DNA from: an uncultured Candidatus Saccharibacteria bacterium
GTDB lineage: Bacteria > Patescibacteriota > Minisyncoccia > Sungbacterales > HO2-52-23
Direction of reading: 5' to 3'
NCBI GenBank assembly: GCA_964371935.1
Contig: CAYJOT010000001.1
Location: forward strand, 50,730-105,494
DNA: 54,765 bases
The stretch's first letter is position 1, and each line of letters opens with the position of its first letter. The notes below the pieces were generated by a model, which made no database searches, was not told the origin of the DNA, and saw nothing but the letters and a program-made list of their open reading frames with translations. Shown piece by piece: positions 33,912-43,302 of this stretch. Both the position numbers and the translations under genes were made by a program.

Positions 33912-35144
33912 TTACGGCAGCAGGGATTTGAGCCACTTGCTTACTTTATTCGTGTTCATGCGCGAAAGACGCGGGCTCCATATTGAGCCGGGCTGTTCGG
34001 ACCTGCGGCTTGCCCATTCAAGCACGCCAAAGACCGGGATCAGTGAGAGCGCCATATTCTCATCGGCGATGGGAGCATTCTCAAGCTTGCCCAGTTCTAC
34101 CGGTAAGCCAAGTTCTTCGCGGGTCAGCTCCACCAGCCCCGGAAGCAGTGAGGATCCGCCGACCAATACTACTCCGGCAGGCAGCAGTCGCGTGCGATCT
34201 ATTTTTTTCAACTCCTTTTGCAGAAGTTCGAAAAGATCCTGCAGCCGCGCCTCCACGATCTCGGCAAGTTCGCGCCGGCTGTGCGATGCCTGGGCTTCGG
34301 GTACGAAGTCGGCAAGTTTGATCTGCTCCTTGCGGGGAATTTGATCCGGAAGAGACGAGGCATGCACCAGCTTGATCTGCTCGGCAATATCAATATGCGC
34401 GCGAAATCCGATCGCTATGTCATTGGTAATGTGACTCCCGCCGATCGGCACCACTCCGGCATGGATCGGCACGCCTTCTTCAAACACCATAAAGCTGGAT
34501 GTGCTCCCGCCAATATCAACGAGCATCACGCCAAGCTCTTTTTGCCGCTTGCTCAAAGCGACTTCGGCCGCGGCATACGGGCTGAAAATATAGTCCTCCA
34601 CTTTCAGGCCCGCGCTCGCCACGCACTTGAGCAGATTTTTTAAAAACGGGGTCGAGCACTCGATAATGAGCGTATCAACTTCAAGACGAACCCCATGCAT
34701 GCCAACCGGATCCTTGACTCCGGACTCATGGTCCACGCGAAAGTCGCGCGGAATAATATGCAAAATTTCCTTGTTCGCGTTTTTGGGAATAAACGTTTCC
34801 GCGGCCGCGATCGCGCGACGCACGTCTTCGGGAGAGATTTCCTGATCCGCGCGCGAAACCGCCACCACGCCCCGCGACGAGGAGACCGTGACATGCGCAT
34901 CTCCGACCGCAAGCCATACGGATCGCAACGGCACGCCTGATGCCCGGGCCGCCTCTTGAACCGACTGCTGGATTGCGCCGGTCGCGTCTTCGATATTGAC
35001 GATTACACCCCGGCGCACGCCCGCAGACGGCACCACTCCCACGCCTAAAATATGCAGGGCATCTTCCCCGCGCCGCTGTTCGGCAATCACCGTCTGAATC
35101 GTCGAACTCCCCACATCAAGCGCTGCAATAATCGTGCGTGTCAC
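33912..35144 (-). CDS. ftsA: Cell division protein FtsA
   Basis: Actin-like ATPase motifs LDVGSS, VDIGGSTS and GGSSLLPG. It lies upstream of ftsZ. Confidence 0.95.
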   Translation of the reverse strand: MTRTIIAALDVGSSTIQTVIAEQRRGEDALHILGVGVVPSAGVRRGVIVNIEDATGAIQQSVQEAARASGVPLRSVWLAVGDAHVTVSSSRGVVAVSRADQEISPEDVRRAIAAAETFIPKNANKEILHIIPRDFRVDHESGVKDPVGMHGVRLEVDTLIIECSTPFLKNLLKCVASAGLKVEDYIFSPYAAAEVALSKRQKELGVMLVDIGGSTSSFMVFEEGVPIHAGVVPIGGSHITNDIAIGFRAHIDIAEQIKLVHASSLPDQIPRKEQIKLADFVPEAQASHSRRELAEIVEARLQDLFELLQKELKKIDRTRLLPAGVVLVGGSSLLPGLVELTREELGLPVELGKLENAPIADENMALSLIPVFGVLEWASRRSEQPGSIWSPRLSRMNTNKVSKWLKSLLP

Positions 35145-35154
35145 AAAATAAAAT

Positions 35155-35535
35155 TTAAACCGATGTAAGTTTTGCCAAAATGCTTCTTTCGAGCGCTTCC
35201 ACCCCTTTTGCCGCCGCTTCCGATTTTTCGTGGTGCACCCCGGCTAAATGCAGCATACCATGAACAATCATCCATGTCATCTGGTACTCAAACGAGTTCC
35301 CTTGCGCTTTTGCTTCAGCCCGAATAAGCGCCGGACACACCACAATCTCACCATACTCCGGCGAATATAAAAAAGAAAGCACATTGGCGGGCGCGCGCCT
35401 GTTGCGGTATCTGCGGCTCAGCGCCAATGACTCGTGAGCCGAAACCGGCACCACTATAATTTTGGCAGGTAATTTATTCCGGATTGCTGCCGGAAAAAGT
35501 TTGCGCAGTCGTCCCATCTGTGCCCGCAACGTCAT
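35155..35535 (-). CDS. ybeY: rRNA maturation endoribonuclease YbeY
   Basis: HGMLHLAGVHH zinc motif. Confidence 0.9.
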   Translation of the reverse strand: MTLRAQMGRLRKLFPAAIRNKLPAKIIVVPVSAHESLALSRRYRNRRAPANVLSFLYSPEYGEIVVCPALIRAEAKAQGNSFEYQMTWMIVHGMLHLAGVHHEKSEAAAKGVEALERSILAKLTSV

Positions 35536-35996
35536 GAGAGCGCTTTTCGCAGTATATCTCGAACTCGATCACCTGACGCGCGTCCCGCCACAACCTTTAT
35601 CGCGAGGCCCATCACCGCGCCAAAATCAGTGAAAGCTCGTCCCGCCGCCAATGGTTGGACGAGCTTTTCTATTTCCTCATCTGAAAGTTCCTGTGGCAGA
35701 TATTTTTCAAGTATCGCAAGCTCTGCAGCTTCTTTCTGTGCGGCTTCCTGACGACCGCCGCGAGTAAATTCTGTGATCGCGTCTTTGCGCTTTTTGGCTT
35801 CGGAACGAATAATCGCGATTATTTCCTCATCACTCAAATCACCGGAGCCGGTCTTGGTCCGCTTCTCAATCTCACGATTGTGAATCGCGGTGAGCAAAAG
35901 ACGCAACGTGGAAAGCAAAAGCTCCTCCTGATTTTTCAGGGCATGGCGAGCCGCATCTTCGATTTGCACTTTAAGCATTTTTTCTTCCATAATCAA
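35532..35996 (-). CDS. GatB/YqeY domain protein
   Basis: LSTLRLLLTAIHNREIE ... ILEKYLPQELSDEEI is YqeY-like. Confidence 0.8.
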   Translation of the reverse strand: MIMEEKMLKVQIEDAARHALKNQEELLLSTLRLLLTAIHNREIEKRTKTGSGDLSDEEIIAIIRSEAKKRKDAITEFTRGGRQEAAQKEAAELAILEKYLPQELSDEEIEKLVQPLAAGRAFTDFGAVMGLAIKVVAGRASGDRVRDILRKALS

Positions 35997-35999
35997 TCC

Positions 36000-36067
36000 G
36001 TCATCCTGAACGCAGTGAAGGATCTCTTTCGTTATTGGGATAGATTCTTCGCTACGCTCAGAATGAC
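36000..36067. repeat. 68-nt imperfect hairpin element, copy 2
   Basis: GTCATCCTGAACGCAGTGAAGGATCTC-N14-AGATTCTTCGCTACGCTCAGAATGAC. Its right end supplies the last codons and the stop of rpsU. Confidence 0.8.
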
Positions 36068-36300
36068 CTCGCTACCCGGGTGTTCTCCGGCAGCTTGCCA
36101 AGCTTATCAAGGCGATTACGCTCTGCTGTCTTCTGTTCCCGGCGCAGCGCGTGTTCGCGGGTCTGGCGCTTGCTCTTGGCCGGCTTGTACGACTTCAGCC
36201 GGCGCGCATTGATCAAAATGCCGGACTGCTGCACCCGCCTCGTAAACCTGCGCAGCATAGCTCCGGTTGTCTCGTGTTGTCGTCTTCGTACTTCAACCAT
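36058..36300 (-). CDS. rpsU: 30S ribosomal protein S21
   Basis: MVEVRRRQHETTGAMLRRFTRRVQQSGIL is S21-like. Confidence 0.9.
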   Translation of the reverse strand: MVEVRRRQHETTGAMLRRFTRRVQQSGILINARRLKSYKPAKSKRQTREHALRREQKTAERNRLDKLGKLPENTRVARSF

Positions 36301-36315
36301 AAAAAATTTTGTTAT

Positions 36316-36669
36316 TTATGCTTCTACTTTTTTCTCAGCTTCCTGGCCCCATCCGCCCAGCAGATGCAAGTGCAGATGATCGATCAGCTGTCCTCCATCC
36401 CGTCCTACATTGAAGATCAGTTTATATCCTTTCAACTCAAACTTAGCGGCAATGTCTTTGGCCGTATAAATAAGGGTTGCAACAATCTCACGATGATTGC
36501 TCTCAAGATGCGCGATTGACTCAATATGGGATTTCGGGATCACGATCACGTGTACCGGCGCCTTGGGATACAAATCATAAAAGGCTTTGACCGCGTCATT
36601 TTCAAATACCACGTCGGTCATCTCAATTTCCGGGTCTCCCTGTGCGCGTCTGCAAAAAATACAATTCAT
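36316..36669 (-). CDS. HIT-family nucleotide hydrolase
   Basis: Histidine triad DHLHLHLLGG. Confidence 0.85.
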   Translation of the reverse strand: MNCIFCRRAQGDPEIEMTDVVFENDAVKAFYDLYPKAPVHVIVIPKSHIESIAHLESNHREIVATLIYTAKDIAAKFELKGYKLIFNVGRDGGQLIDHLHLHLLGGWGQEAEKKVEA

Positions 36670-36670
36670 A

Positions 36671-38041
36671 TTATTCGCTTGGCATTCTCCGTTTTAAAAA
36701 CTCGACTAATTTTTCCTGCGGCACTGTTTCCTGCATACCGGAGCTGACATCGCGCACGATCACGGTATTGTCCAAGGCCTCCTTTTGTCCGAGAATCAGC
36801 GCGATCTCCGCTTCCACCCGTTCCGCTATTTTGAGCTGCGATTTCATTGAGTCCCTGCCGAGCGACTCCACCACGCCAATGCCGCCTTGCCGAAGTGTTT
36901 CCATGAGCCCGAGACTTTTCCGTTTTGCCAGATCTCCGAGTTGCGCCAGGAACACTTTCTGCGCGGCCGGAAGTTTAAGCCGGATGTGCTGTTCCCTGCA
37001 GACCCGCTCAAGCGCATCGCGTATGATAATTCCGCTGACTGCATCAATCCGCCGACCCACGATCAACTCGCCCGCGTATGATACCCGCCCGCCTTCCGCA
37101 AGCAGTACCATCTCCTTAGCCAAAACCGAGGACTCGCCTTCTTCGCGCAGCATGCCTGACACCAAAAGTTCCGGACAAAGGGCTACTTCAAAGACAAACT
37201 GGGAGAACCACGACCCCTCGCGTAAAAGCCGCGAATCAAGAAAGTACGGCACCCCGGCCTCATCGAGAAATTCAAGTGCGCCCCGTAAGTGTTTTTTACA
37301 CGTTTCGCACAAAAAATCAAGTACCTGCGGCGCCCCGTGCACCAGCATTCTGCACTTTTCTTCTTCGCACAACAGCACGCGTGTCGGAAGCCGCTTCAGA
37401 TCCCGACGACAATTCCGGCACAGGCGCTGCCCCCGGGTCCGGAAATACGCGAGAAACGATGAGCGAAAACGCCCCCGGCACTGGACACACCCGATAGCAT
37501 TGACCGTAAGCTGCAAGGCATGACTCGGGATTCCGATGTCCGCAAGCGTCTGCCATACACAAAAAATAATCTCCGCTTCCGCAATTGCCGTGTCCTCACC
37601 GATCATCATGAGGCCTCGCTCCTCAACACTCTCCATGCGCGATCCGCCGGCTGGCGAAGTGGAGCTGCCTCGATCGCTCCGCAGAAAAAAGCTTTCGCCC
37701 TCAAAAGAGAACTTGAGCGGATGCGGCAGATCGTTCATCTTGAGCGTAACGTAACTTCGCAAAAGCGCCAAGGCACCCGAAGACCGCAACGCCAGCTCCT
37801 CGCCGGTACGCACCCTCCAGATCATTGGCATGCGTTCTTCAAACAGTTTTGCCTTGATGAGTGCTGCGAGCGGTTTGGCATCATCAACCGCCGATGTCGC
37901 CGTCTTTTCGAATCCGTAGAACTCGGCAAGCTCGGCCGCAACGGAATCAAGATGCATTATCACGGCCTCGCGTTCGGGCAGCCGGTCATGCGGCGAGAAA
38001 AATTTTTCATCGTGCTGTTGTTTTGATTTACGGGTGGGCAT
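36671..38041 (-). CDS. hisS: Histidine--tRNA ligase (divergent)
   Basis: HisRS architecture: a zinc-like insertion C..C...LC.TC, GGR in motif 3, and a C-terminal anticodon-binding domain. Motif 2 is atypical. Start at MPTRKSK (38041). Confidence 0.7.
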   Translation of the reverse strand: MPTRKSKQQHDEKFFSPHDRLPEREAVIMHLDSVAAELAEFYGFEKTATSAVDDAKPLAALIKAKLFEERMPMIWRVRTGEELALRSSGALALLRSYVTLKMNDLPHPLKFSFEGESFFLRSDRGSSTSPAGGSRMESVEERGLMMIGEDTAIAEAEIIFCVWQTLADIGIPSHALQLTVNAIGCVQCRGRFRSSFLAYFRTRGQRLCRNCRRDLKRLPTRVLLCEEEKCRMLVHGAPQVLDFLCETCKKHLRGALEFLDEAGVPYFLDSRLLREGSWFSQFVFEVALCPELLVSGMLREEGESSVLAKEMVLLAEGGRVSYAGELIVGRRIDAVSGIIIRDALERVCREQHIRLKLPAAQKVFLAQLGDLAKRKSLGLMETLRQGGIGVVESLGRDSMKSQLKIAERVEAEIALILGQKEALDNTVIVRDVSSGMQETVPQEKLVEFLKRRMPSE

Positions 38042-38061
38042 ATATTGGACTGCGCAAGATA

Positions 38062-38628
38062 TTAGTAAGTCGTCGTAACGGTGCCAAGGCGGCTCAACGG
38101 CCAGACGCGGAACAAGGTCCGCCCGGTAATGAGTTTCTTGGGCAACATACCCCATACGCGCGAGTCGGAACTGAAATCCCGGTTATCACCCAGAACAAAA
38201 TATTCGTCCATCCCGAGCTTGCGATGCACGTCCGGATAGGTTGGCCGATTCGGCGGGTCAAGATAGGACTCATCCATGACAAATCCGGACGGATATTCCG
38301 CATTCAGGATCGTCACGCGTCCGCTCTTGATATCAACCTCCTCCCCGGGAAGACCGACGATCCGTTTGATAAAAAACTGGCGCGGATCGCGCGGGTAGCG
38401 AAACACCACGACTTCTCCCCGCCCGGGCTGCCGGAGATAATAGGAGAGCTCGTCAACGATCAAGTATTCACTGTCCTCGAATGTCGGCTCCATGGACGCG
38501 CCCCGGACGATAAACGGCTGCACCAAAAAATAGCGGATCGGCAGCACGATCGCCAAAGACACAAAGAGCACTTTCATGATATCCCACAATTCGTATCCAA
38601 TCCTATTGCTCTGTTCGCGTTCTTCCAT
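38062..38628 (-). CDS. lepB: Signal peptidase I
   Basis: RGASMEPTF catalytic Ser motif and GDNRDFSSDSR box. Start at MEEREQ (38628). Confidence 0.85.
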   Translation of the reverse strand: MEEREQSNRIGYELWDIMKVLFVSLAIVLPIRYFLVQPFIVRGASMEPTFEDSEYLIVDELSYYLRQPGRGEVVVFRYPRDPRQFFIKRIVGLPGEEVDIKSGRVTILNAEYPSGFVMDESYLDPPNRPTYPDVHRKLGMDEYFVLGDNRDFSSDSRVWGMLPKKLITGRTLFRVWPLSRLGTVTTTY

Positions 38629-38656
38629 GAGTGTAGTATACTTACTTTCGTAACTA

Positions 38657-39232
38657 TTGCAAATTATGACTCCATTTCTGATTATAGGTCTTGGCAATCC
38701 TGGCGACGAATATAAAAACACGCGACATAATATCGGCCGCGAGATTATCGAATTGTTTCGGAAGCAGCAGGGCCTTCCCGACTTTCACTTTGAAAAAAAA
38801 TGGAACGCCGAGATCTCCGAGGGCAAGATTGGCAAAAATAAGGTGATGTTAGCGCTCCCCAACACGTTCATGAATAAATCCGGTGCTGCGATAGCACCTA
38901 TTGCAAAATTTTTCAAAACCAAGTCCGATCACATCATACTCATCCACGACGATGCCGACATCCAGTTTGGCACAGGCAAACTCTCATTCGACAAGCGATC
39001 CGCCGGCCACAAAGGCGTCGAGTCCGTGATCCGCGCCCTCAAAACCACCGCCTTCTGGCGCTTCCGCATCGGCATCGCAGGTAAAAGAGACATACCTGCC
39101 GAAAAACTCGTCCTCAAAAAATTCACCCCAGACGACCAAAAAATAGCCCAAAAAATAATCAAGCGCACCATAGATGCGCTTGAACAAGCAATCACCGAAG
39201 GCCCTGAACGCGCGATGAACGGGTATAATTAA
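38657..39232 (+). CDS. pth: Peptidyl-tRNA hydrolase
   Basis: LIIGLGNPGDEYKNTRHNIG and HDDADI motifs. Confidence 0.93.
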   Translation: MQIMTPFLIIGLGNPGDEYKNTRHNIGREIIELFRKQQGLPDFHFEKKWNAEISEGKIGKNKVMLALPNTFMNKSGAAIAPIAKFFKTKSDHIILIHDDADIQFGTGKLSFDKRSAGHKGVESVIRALKTTAFWRFRIGIAGKRDIPAEKLVLKKFTPDDQKIAQKIIKRTIDALEQAITEGPERAMNGYN

Positions 39233-39316
39233 TATGATTCGTTACTCTTTTCATACTTTGCTTGTTTTATACTACGAGCAGTTCCAGTTTATTGCATCAT
39301 AGAGGGAGAGATACTC

Positions 39317-39553
39317 GTGGCAATCTCACATGATGATCTTTCAAATTTTAATGTCAGACATCCTGAGCTGGGAATGTTCATTTCTCAATTTCTCGGTACC
39401 TATCATGCGTGTGCGATAGGACCAGAAAGTTGGAATGCTGCTCTCGATGAGATGTATGAGCATATCTACGGAAGCGACAAACAACCATCATGTCAACGGT
39501 GCAAACCCTATTTAGAACGCCTTATCGAGTACACTAAACAGTTCATTAAATAA
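39317..39553 (+). CDS. Hypothetical 78-aa protein (GTG start)
   Basis: ORF followed by a good intrinsic terminator. No family recognised. Confidence 0.4.
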   Translation: MAISHDDLSNFNVRHPELGMFISQFLGTYHACAIGPESWNAALDEMYEHIYGSDKQPSCQRCKPYLERLIEYTKQFIK

Positions 39554-39574
39554 AAACAATCCCCGTGCAATATC

Positions 39575-39608
39575 ACGAGATGTGGCAAAATACCATATCT
39601 CGTTTTTC
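39575..39608 (+). terminator. Intrinsic terminator
   Basis: ACGAGATGTGG-CAAAATA-CCATATCTCGT (11 bp including one G.U) followed by TTTTTCTC. Confidence 0.65.
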
Positions 39609-39680
39609 TCTTCTCGCGCAGGCCCAAGTAGAATCTCTTCATCAGAGAGAAATCCCCACCCACATTTTTTTCCATCCATC

Positions 39681-40097
39681 TCAACGACTTTTTCTCTGCG
39701 CGGTAACCTCAAAACGCTTTTTATATTTCTCAAACACTACTTTGTAGTTATCGAAAAACCCACGCTGACCAAGCAGCCCATCATAGGCGGGTAAGGGCAG
39801 TACGCCGCATATTACGATAAACTCTTTCTTGTCGCCCATTACTTGCATCTTGATGGTATGCTGATAACCCGTTACAGTTCCGCCAATCCCACCATAAATT
39901 CGCGGCTCGCCCCGCTCAACATCAATACCCAATGCTTGAGCAATCTCGGTGTTGATAAGGATTTCTGATGCGCCCGAATCAATGAGACAAAAAATGGGAA
40001 GTTCCCTTCCATTTTTGGCATTCCGAAATACCACGGGGATGCGCGGTACCATTTCAAACCTGTCGCCTGCATAACGTATATCGTATCGGAACTGCAT
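39681..40097 (-). CDS. Retropepsin-like (clan AA) aspartic protease, cassette copy B
   Basis: 138 aa with LIDSGASEILI. By my hand count about 79 of 135 aligned positions are identical to copy A. Confidence 0.75.
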   Translation of the reverse strand: MQFRYDIRYAGDRFEMVPRIPVVFRNAKNGRELPIFCLIDSGASEILINTEIAQALGIDVERGEPRIYGGIGGTVTGYQHTIKMQVMGDKKEFIVICGVLPLPAYDGLLGQRGFFDNYKVVFEKYKKRFEVTAQRKSR

Positions 40098-40282
40098 TAT
40101 GGTGCGAGTGATATCGGAGGTGGTACGCGATGAAAAACATAGTTTTTGACCTGTTTTCGTCTTACCTCTTCCTGCACTTTTTGCAAGGTATCCCCGGCTG
40201 CTACCACTTTATGCCCAACCAGCGCGACCCATTTGTTTGCATATTTCAGCAATTTCTTTGCATACACTTTTTCCTGTTCCAT
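40097..40282 (-). CDS. Small cassette partner protein, copy B
   Basis: 61 aa. Its stop overlaps the protease start codon. It is a paralog of 11448-11651. Confidence 0.6.
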   Translation of the reverse strand: MEQEKVYAKKLLKYANKWVALVGHKVVAAGDTLQKVQEEVRRKQVKNYVFHRVPPPISLAP

Positions 40283-40327
40283 ATTTGTATCCTATCAAAT
40301 AAAACATGATGGTGCAATAGATCCTTT

Positions 40328-43246
40328 TTACGCAACCCCCACCCACACTTTTTTTCCGTCCACCTCAATCTCCCGCTCGGCTTTGATCCGCCCACTGGCG
40401 GATTTCCCGCCGACCACGATAGTCTTGGCGTTGATGTCTTTTTGCAATTGCTTCTGCAAACGGCTCACCGCGTTTTCGATCGCCACATCTCCCGCAAACT
40501 GGCACCGGATCATGTCTTTGGGCTTGAGCCCCATGTCGCGCCGCATCTCCTGAATGTTGCGCGCCAGTTCGCGCACCATCCCCTCCTCGCGCAATTCAGG
40601 CGTCAGCGTCGTATCCAATCTCATCTCATCACCAAACACAATCTCTTTCACATTTACTTCATCTCTTATCAATTCCCGCAATACTTTTTGTAATTTGTAA
40701 TTTATAATTTGTAATTTCGCCAGCGGCTGTCGCACTTTGATACCGGCCTCTGCCCGCAGTTTTAACGCCTCGGTAACTATCATGCGCACCGTATCCATAT
40801 CTTCCGCTAACTTTTCGCTTTGCGCTTTTCGCTTTGCGCTTTTCGGCCACTTCCGCAAATGTACGCTCTCTTCTTTCAATCCCATTTTTTTGCGAAGTCC
40901 ATGATACACGGCGTCGGCAATAAACGGTGTAAAGGGCGCTGCAAGTTCTGCAAGCGACGCTAAAACTTCCCCCATGGTTGCCGCGGCTTCGTTTTTTTCC
41001 TGTGCGCTCTCCGGATGCTGGAATCGCCGGCGCGAGCGGCGCACATACCATTGAGAAAAATCATTCACTGTAAACGTGTCAACCGCCCGTGCCGCGCCCA
41101 CCAGATCATATGCGTCCAGATCACCCGTCACCTCCGCCACCAGCACATTCAATTTTGCGATGATCCATCGGTCAAGAATATTTTTTGATTTTGTGATTTG
41201 TGATTTGTGATTTGTGATTTTCGTGATGTAGGTGTCAAAAAACACAAAACTGTTCCAAAGCGTCGCGACAAATCCCCTCTGCCGCAATGCCACATCTTTT
41301 TCATCAAACCGCTTCTCATCGCCTGGCGCGTTGATGGTAAAAAAATACCACCGAAGCGCATCCATGCCATATTTGTCGGCCATCTCCTGCGGCACCACGA
41401 TATTGCCTTTGGACTTGGACATCTTCTCTCCATTGCCATCAAGCAAAATGCCCATAGAGATGACATGTTTGTACGGCGCGGCGCGGCCAAGGAGTGTCGT
41501 GACATTCAGCATGCTGTAAAACCACCCGCGCGTCTGATCCACGCCCTCGCAAATGTAATCCGCCGGAAAAGCCAGTTTCTCTTTTTTGTTAAACGGATAG
41601 TGATTCTGCGCAAACGGCATGGCCCCGGAATCAAACCACACGTCCGCGACCTCCGGCACACGGTACATTATTCCTGCGCACGACGCACATGAAAACGTGA
41701 TCTCATCCACATACGGTCTATGCAAATTGATTTCTTTTTTTTCATCCTGTGGAAGCGCGCCCGCGCGTTGCTTCAGCTCATCAGTGGAACCGATCACTTC
41801 AATCTTACCACATTTCTCGCACTTCCATATCGGTAATGGCGTGCCCCAGTATCGCTCACGCGAAAAACACCAATCACGCACGTCGCGCAAAAACTCGCCA
41901 AATCTCCCATGTTTGAGATGCTCCGGCACCCAGTTTACTTTCTCGTTGTTCGCGATTAATTGCTTTTTGACCGCTGTGGTACGCACCCACCATGCCTTCC
42001 GCGCATAGTAGAGGAGCGCAGTTGAGCATCGCCAGCAATGCGGATATTCGTGCTGGTACGATTCTTGATGAAAAATCTTGTCGCCCAAAATCTCCAAAAT
42101 CTCCTTTGTTGTCTCCGGCGCTTTCACGTGCAAACCCGACAGCACACCAAGTCCTTGAATAAATTTTCCATCTTCGGTCACGGTATGAAAAGTCGGCAGC
42201 CCAACTTTTTTTCCCAATTGATAATCATCCTCACCATACATCACCGCAGTATGCACCACACCGGTCCCTTCTTCAGCTGAAACAAAATCGGCCGGATAGA
42301 TTTTGTAGGCGTTCTCCGATTTTTTGAATTCCGGCACATCAAAAAGCGGTTTATACTTTTTTCCAGAGAGTTCGTCTCCACCCATAAGAACATACTGCTG
42401 TCGATTTGCCTCTAACAGAGACCAAGCGAATGGATCTTTCCCTAAAATTGTATTGGGTTGTAAAGCTATTTTTTCAGCTAGGATATAAGTCTCGCCTTTT
42501 CTATTGGGTCCAACCTTAAGATATTGAAGGCCAGGATTCACCGCCAAAGCAACATTCCCAGGCAAAGTCCACGGAGTTGTTGTCCATGCCAATACATAAG
42601 TTCCGGGTTCATCCTGTAACTCAAATTTCGCGATAACAGCCGTGTCCGTATCTTCCTGATACCCAAGACCGACTTCGTGCGATGAAAGGCCGGTCTGGCA
42701 CCGCGGACACCACGGGACTACCTTAAAATCTTCATAGAGCAGGCTCTTTTTCCAAAATTCTTTGATAATCCACCATAGCGACTCTATATATGACGTCTCA
42801 TAGGTAATGTATGGATGTTTCAAATCAACCCAAAATCCCATCCTCTCCGTAAGGTGTTCCCATACTTCTTTATACTCCCACACGGATTTCTTCGCCTCAG
42901 CATTGAATTTTGCAATACCATAGTTTTCAATGTCGTGCTTGGTCTTGAACCCAAGTTTTTTCTCCACCTGAATCTCCACCGGAAGCCCATGCGTGTCCCA
43001 CCCGGCACGGCGCGGCACAGAAAACCCCTGCATGGTTTTGTAGCGCAATACCGCGTCTTTGAATGCGCGTGCTTCTACATGATGAATCCCAGGCATACCG
43101 TTGGCAGTCGGCGGCCCCTCGTAGAACACGAACGTTTTACCCTTCCGGTTCTTTGCGAGTGATTGCTCAAAAATCTTATGCTCATTCCAAAACGCCAAAA
43201 TTTCCTCCTCCCGCTCCGGAATGGATTTTTTCTTTTCGTCAGCCAT
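40328..43246 (-). CDS. ileS: Isoleucine--tRNA ligase
   Basis: HIGH-type PTANGMPGIHH and KMSKS motifs, zinc-like CWRC/CEKC. Start at MADEKKK (43246). Confidence 0.97.
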   Translation of the reverse strand: MADEKKKSIPEREEEILAFWNEHKIFEQSLAKNRKGKTFVFYEGPPTANGMPGIHHVEARAFKDAVLRYKTMQGFSVPRRAGWDTHGLPVEIQVEKKLGFKTKHDIENYGIAKFNAEAKKSVWEYKEVWEHLTERMGFWVDLKHPYITYETSYIESLWWIIKEFWKKSLLYEDFKVVPWCPRCQTGLSSHEVGLGYQEDTDTAVIAKFELQDEPGTYVLAWTTTPWTLPGNVALAVNPGLQYLKVGPNRKGETYILAEKIALQPNTILGKDPFAWSLLEANRQQYVLMGGDELSGKKYKPLFDVPEFKKSENAYKIYPADFVSAEEGTGVVHTAVMYGEDDYQLGKKVGLPTFHTVTEDGKFIQGLGVLSGLHVKAPETTKEILEILGDKIFHQESYQHEYPHCWRCSTALLYYARKAWWVRTTAVKKQLIANNEKVNWVPEHLKHGRFGEFLRDVRDWCFSRERYWGTPLPIWKCEKCGKIEVIGSTDELKQRAGALPQDEKKEINLHRPYVDEITFSCASCAGIMYRVPEVADVWFDSGAMPFAQNHYPFNKKEKLAFPADYICEGVDQTRGWFYSMLNVTTLLGRAAPYKHVISMGILLDGNGEKMSKSKGNIVVPQEMADKYGMDALRWYFFTINAPGDEKRFDEKDVALRQRGFVATLWNSFVFFDTYITKITNHKSQITKSKNILDRWIIAKLNVLVAEVTGDLDAYDLVGAARAVDTFTVNDFSQWYVRRSRRRFQHPESAQEKNEAAATMGEVLASLAELAAPFTPFIADAVYHGLRKKMGLKEESVHLRKWPKSAKRKAQSEKLAEDMDTVRMIVTEALKLRAEAGIKVRQPLAKLQIINYKLQKVLRELIRDEVNVKEIVFGDEMRLDTTLTPELREEGMVRELARNIQEMRRDMGLKPKDMIRCQFAGDVAIENAVSRLQKQLQKDINAKTIVVGGKSASGRIKAEREIEVDGKKVWVGVA
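40700..40727. repeat. Tandem heptamer (GTAATTT)x4, one G-to-A variant, inside ileS
   Basis: It encodes KLQIINYKLQK on the minus strand. Confidence 0.8.
41193..41220. repeat. Tandem heptamer (GTGATTT)x4, perfect, inside ileS
   Basis: It encodes ITNHKSQITKSK on the minus strand. Partial units flank it. Confidence 0.85.
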
Positions 43247-43302
43247 AGTTTTCATAATACGCCACAACCACCAAAAATCAAGCAAAACAAAAAGCGGGGC
43301 TT

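Noticed and set aside
39512-39733. A 73-aa minus-strand ORF between the hypothetical gene and cassette B.
   Set aside because: It overlaps the 3' end of plus-strand ORF 39317-39553 and its terminator, and the stop region of the protease gene. It has no motif or RBS-like context.
40700-41220. The heptamer arrays or other short repeats as a CRISPR array.
   Set aside because: The units are 7 nt, contiguous, without spacers, and lie inside a coding gene. No repeat-spacer periodicity of 25-40 nt exists anywhere in the window.
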